Positions 61,599-64,000 of a stretch of DNA of 64,000 nucleotides are shown here, one piece after another. A model generated the notes under the pieces. That model saw only the letters and a list, made by a program, of their open reading frames with translations. It did no database searches and was not told the origin of the DNA. Location of the stretch: the NCBI RefSeq assembly GCF_032062105.1, contig NW_026919154.1, positions 62,001 to 126,000 of the forward strand, in the 5' to 3' direction. Origin of the DNA: Saccostrea cucullata. Its lineage: Eukaryota. The translations under genes were made by a program, and so were the position numbers. The number at the start of each line of letters is the position of its first letter. Within the stretch, counting starts at the first letter, position 1.

Positions 61599-61839
61599 TT
61601 AAGGTAATGCCTTTTAGTCTAACATGTAAATTGTAATGTTTACATCCATTCAAAAACAAAATGACAGATCACGTTATGTAAGTTTAAGAAATGCATTTAT
61701 TTAACAATTACAAGTGATGAGTGTATAATTATATAGAAATAAGTTCATACGAACCTGTATCCGTAATGAAAGGATATTTCAACAATATGAATTAAAGGAT
61801 TTTAAAAAAAATTGTTAGGAGATAACACTTACTTGTTTT

Positions 61840-63510
61840 AAACATATTTTATTGAACGAGTCAAATGGATTGGAAACAAGTTCTTGCAACTTACAAGTTC
61901 CTCTCCATAAATATAACAAAATATCATGCAAATAATACATTAAAATATAATACATATATAATTACTGTGGTTTCATCAATTTTCGTTGGCACCAATTTTC
62001 GTGGATTTTGTAAAACAGACATTTTCGAGGATACGTAATTTCGTGGACAAAGGCATTGCCTATGCAAATGAATGTCATATTTCGTAATTCAATGAACATT
62101 TGAATTCGTGGATCTGCTCAACAACGAAATCCACGAAAATTGGTGCTCAACGAATATTGATGAAACCACAGTATAATATTTTCAAGTGATGCAAGTTAAT
62201 TACAAATCAATTTAAAATCTACATGGTTCAGTAATAAATCTATGGACCGCAGCAAAATATTAATATTAGTTGATACAGACAAATCTCAATCAATCCATAA
62301 TAGTAGGTTAGTGTCAATTGTAACCAATTCTTCAAGCATGAACAGGTAGTTAAAAAGATTGTTTCTAGCATTTGCATACTTTGTACAAGCAAAAAAATAA
62401 TGATAAACATCTTCATACTTTCCACAAGAACAAAGAGGACTGTTGATAATATTGCGTTTATATAGATCATAATTAAGTAAACAGTTGTGTCTTAGTTTAG
62501 TATGAAGTATGTTTGTGTAGCGTTTACCAAAAGAAAAATATGTTGGCGGATTGATGATTTTTGTACCAGCTCTTATGTTTTTACGGAAAGAATTAATTGA
62601 GATGGCTTCTCTTGTATTTAATTTCAATAAATTCCATTGTTTCACGGCGTCTGGCACAAATGACTTTTTGAATAGTTCTAATCTACATCTTGGAATAATG
62701 AACTATTCTTTATTGCGGGTATTGTATTTTGATCCATTTTCATGTTTTTTTGGTACAATATTATTTAAATATACAGGGACAGACCCTCATTTACATATGT
62801 CAGAAATAAAAGTTGTACCAATACAGAGCCCTGTGGTACACCTGCACATAAATCAAGTTTTGAAGAGAACAAATCCTTATACGTTACTTTCCGTGACCTA
62901 TGATTTAGATAACTAGAAAACCACTGGAGGATATCTCCGGACAAACCATAAGTTTGTAATTTAAAAATGAGACCTTTGTGCCATACTCTGTCAAATGCTT
63001 TGGACAAATCACAAAAAAAACATACAACATACTTTTCCTACATCAATATTTTGTACAATACTATGATATGTTTCATGTAATTGATACACATTAGAATGTC
63101 CGGGCAAAAAGCCGGCTTGATATCGATAAAACAGTTTATTACTGTGAAAAGAATTGTACACATGTTTAAAATTAATTTTTCCATAATTTTACTAACACAG
63201 GATAACAGCGATACAGGTCTATAATTTGAAACCAAAGAGGGTTCATCCTTTCTAAAAAGAGGAATAACATGAGCTATTTTCCAGAAAGATGGAAATATTC
63301 TATCTGACAGCGACCTGTTGTATAACATAGTGAGTAGTTTAACAACAGACTGAAGAGTAGATTTTAACATTTTATGACTTATACAGTCGGGTCCTATAGC
63401 TTTGTTCACGGGAAGTAATGAAATATGTCTGATACTTCATGTTCTTCAATTGATATTTTAGAAAATGTGCTACTACATATATTGTAGATGTTTGGTAGTG
63501 TTACACTTAC
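61840..63510 (-). mobile_element. CR1-like LINE fragment, 5'-truncated and internally deleted
   Basis: NKAIGPDCISHKMLK, SNYRPVSLLS, SKAFDRVWH and GVPQGSVL, then a jump that skips YADD to the C-terminal CSCG..EDVYHYFFAC; 3'UTR with AATAAA at ~61848. Confidence 0.85.
61965..62171. mobile_element. TA-flanked MITE nested in the CR1 3' region
   Basis: ctgtggtttcatcaat...attgatgaaaccacag; same ttttcgtgg/ccacgaaaa style as the 43518 element. Confidence 0.85.
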
Positions 63511-63784
63511 TTTTTCCCAGCACTTCCGCTGCAGCAGTGACGTAAAACATGAATTATGCTTTCATCCGATAAAAGTCAAAACCGGTCCGGAAAAAATACG
63601 GAATTATTTTGATTTTACTCAAGTAATAAACTTAACTTAAACGATTTGAAATAAAAAGCAAATTAATTCATTCTTTATCAATTTAGTCTGGGAAATGCGT
63701 TTATATAGAAAAATGGTTTATTTTTGATGTAAGGGAATACGGGGGGGGGGGGGGTAAACAGAGTAGAACGTTACATACGTAATT

Positions 63785-64000
63785 GCCCCGTGGGGATCCG
63801 GGTTACAATAGGTCCTCGGTACCCCCTTGCTTGTCGCAAAAGGCGACTAAATTGGGCGGTCCTTCGGATGAGACCGTATAAACCGAGGCTTTCTGTCACA
63901 GCAGGTCTGGCACAATTAAGATCCCTCCCTGCTCAAAGGCCGTAAGTGCCGAACATAGGCCTAAATTTGCAGCCCTTTACCGGCAAAGGTAACGTCCCCA
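63785..64000 (+). mobile_element. Young SINE-like retroposon, copy 4, cut by the window end
   Basis: Starts gccccgtggggatccgggtta like the other three copies. Confidence 0.88.

Overview
AT-rich eukaryotic genomic DNA, most likely from an oyster-type bivalve. This is an inference from the 166-bp satellite monomer inside a Helentron/HINE-like element, the SINE family and the expanded Mab-21 genes. The core of the window is a head-to-tail, all-plus-strand tandem array of five paralogues of a single-coding-exon Mab-21/cGAS-like receptor (cGLR) gene with a C-terminal TPR-like helical extension. Two copies are intact with a complete nucleotidyltransferase catalytic signature (A 829-2862; E 41188-43215). 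Three are pseudogenes at different stages of decay (B ~4759-5695; C 12844-19333, split by nested insertions; D 22690-24666). Intergenic DNA is a mosaic of diverged segmental duplications and transposons: a decayed Gypsy LTR element with a tRNA-His-type PBS, CR1/L2-like and Tx1-like LINE fragments, four young copies of a SINE with a pseudoknot-forming non-tRNA head, Tc1/mariner relics, many TA-flanked MITEs, Helentron-like elements, and a family of long palindromes capped by GCGAAGC-type mini-hairpins. Most short ORFs in the supplied track are spurious. Coordinates of degenerate elements are approximate, and no database search was run.
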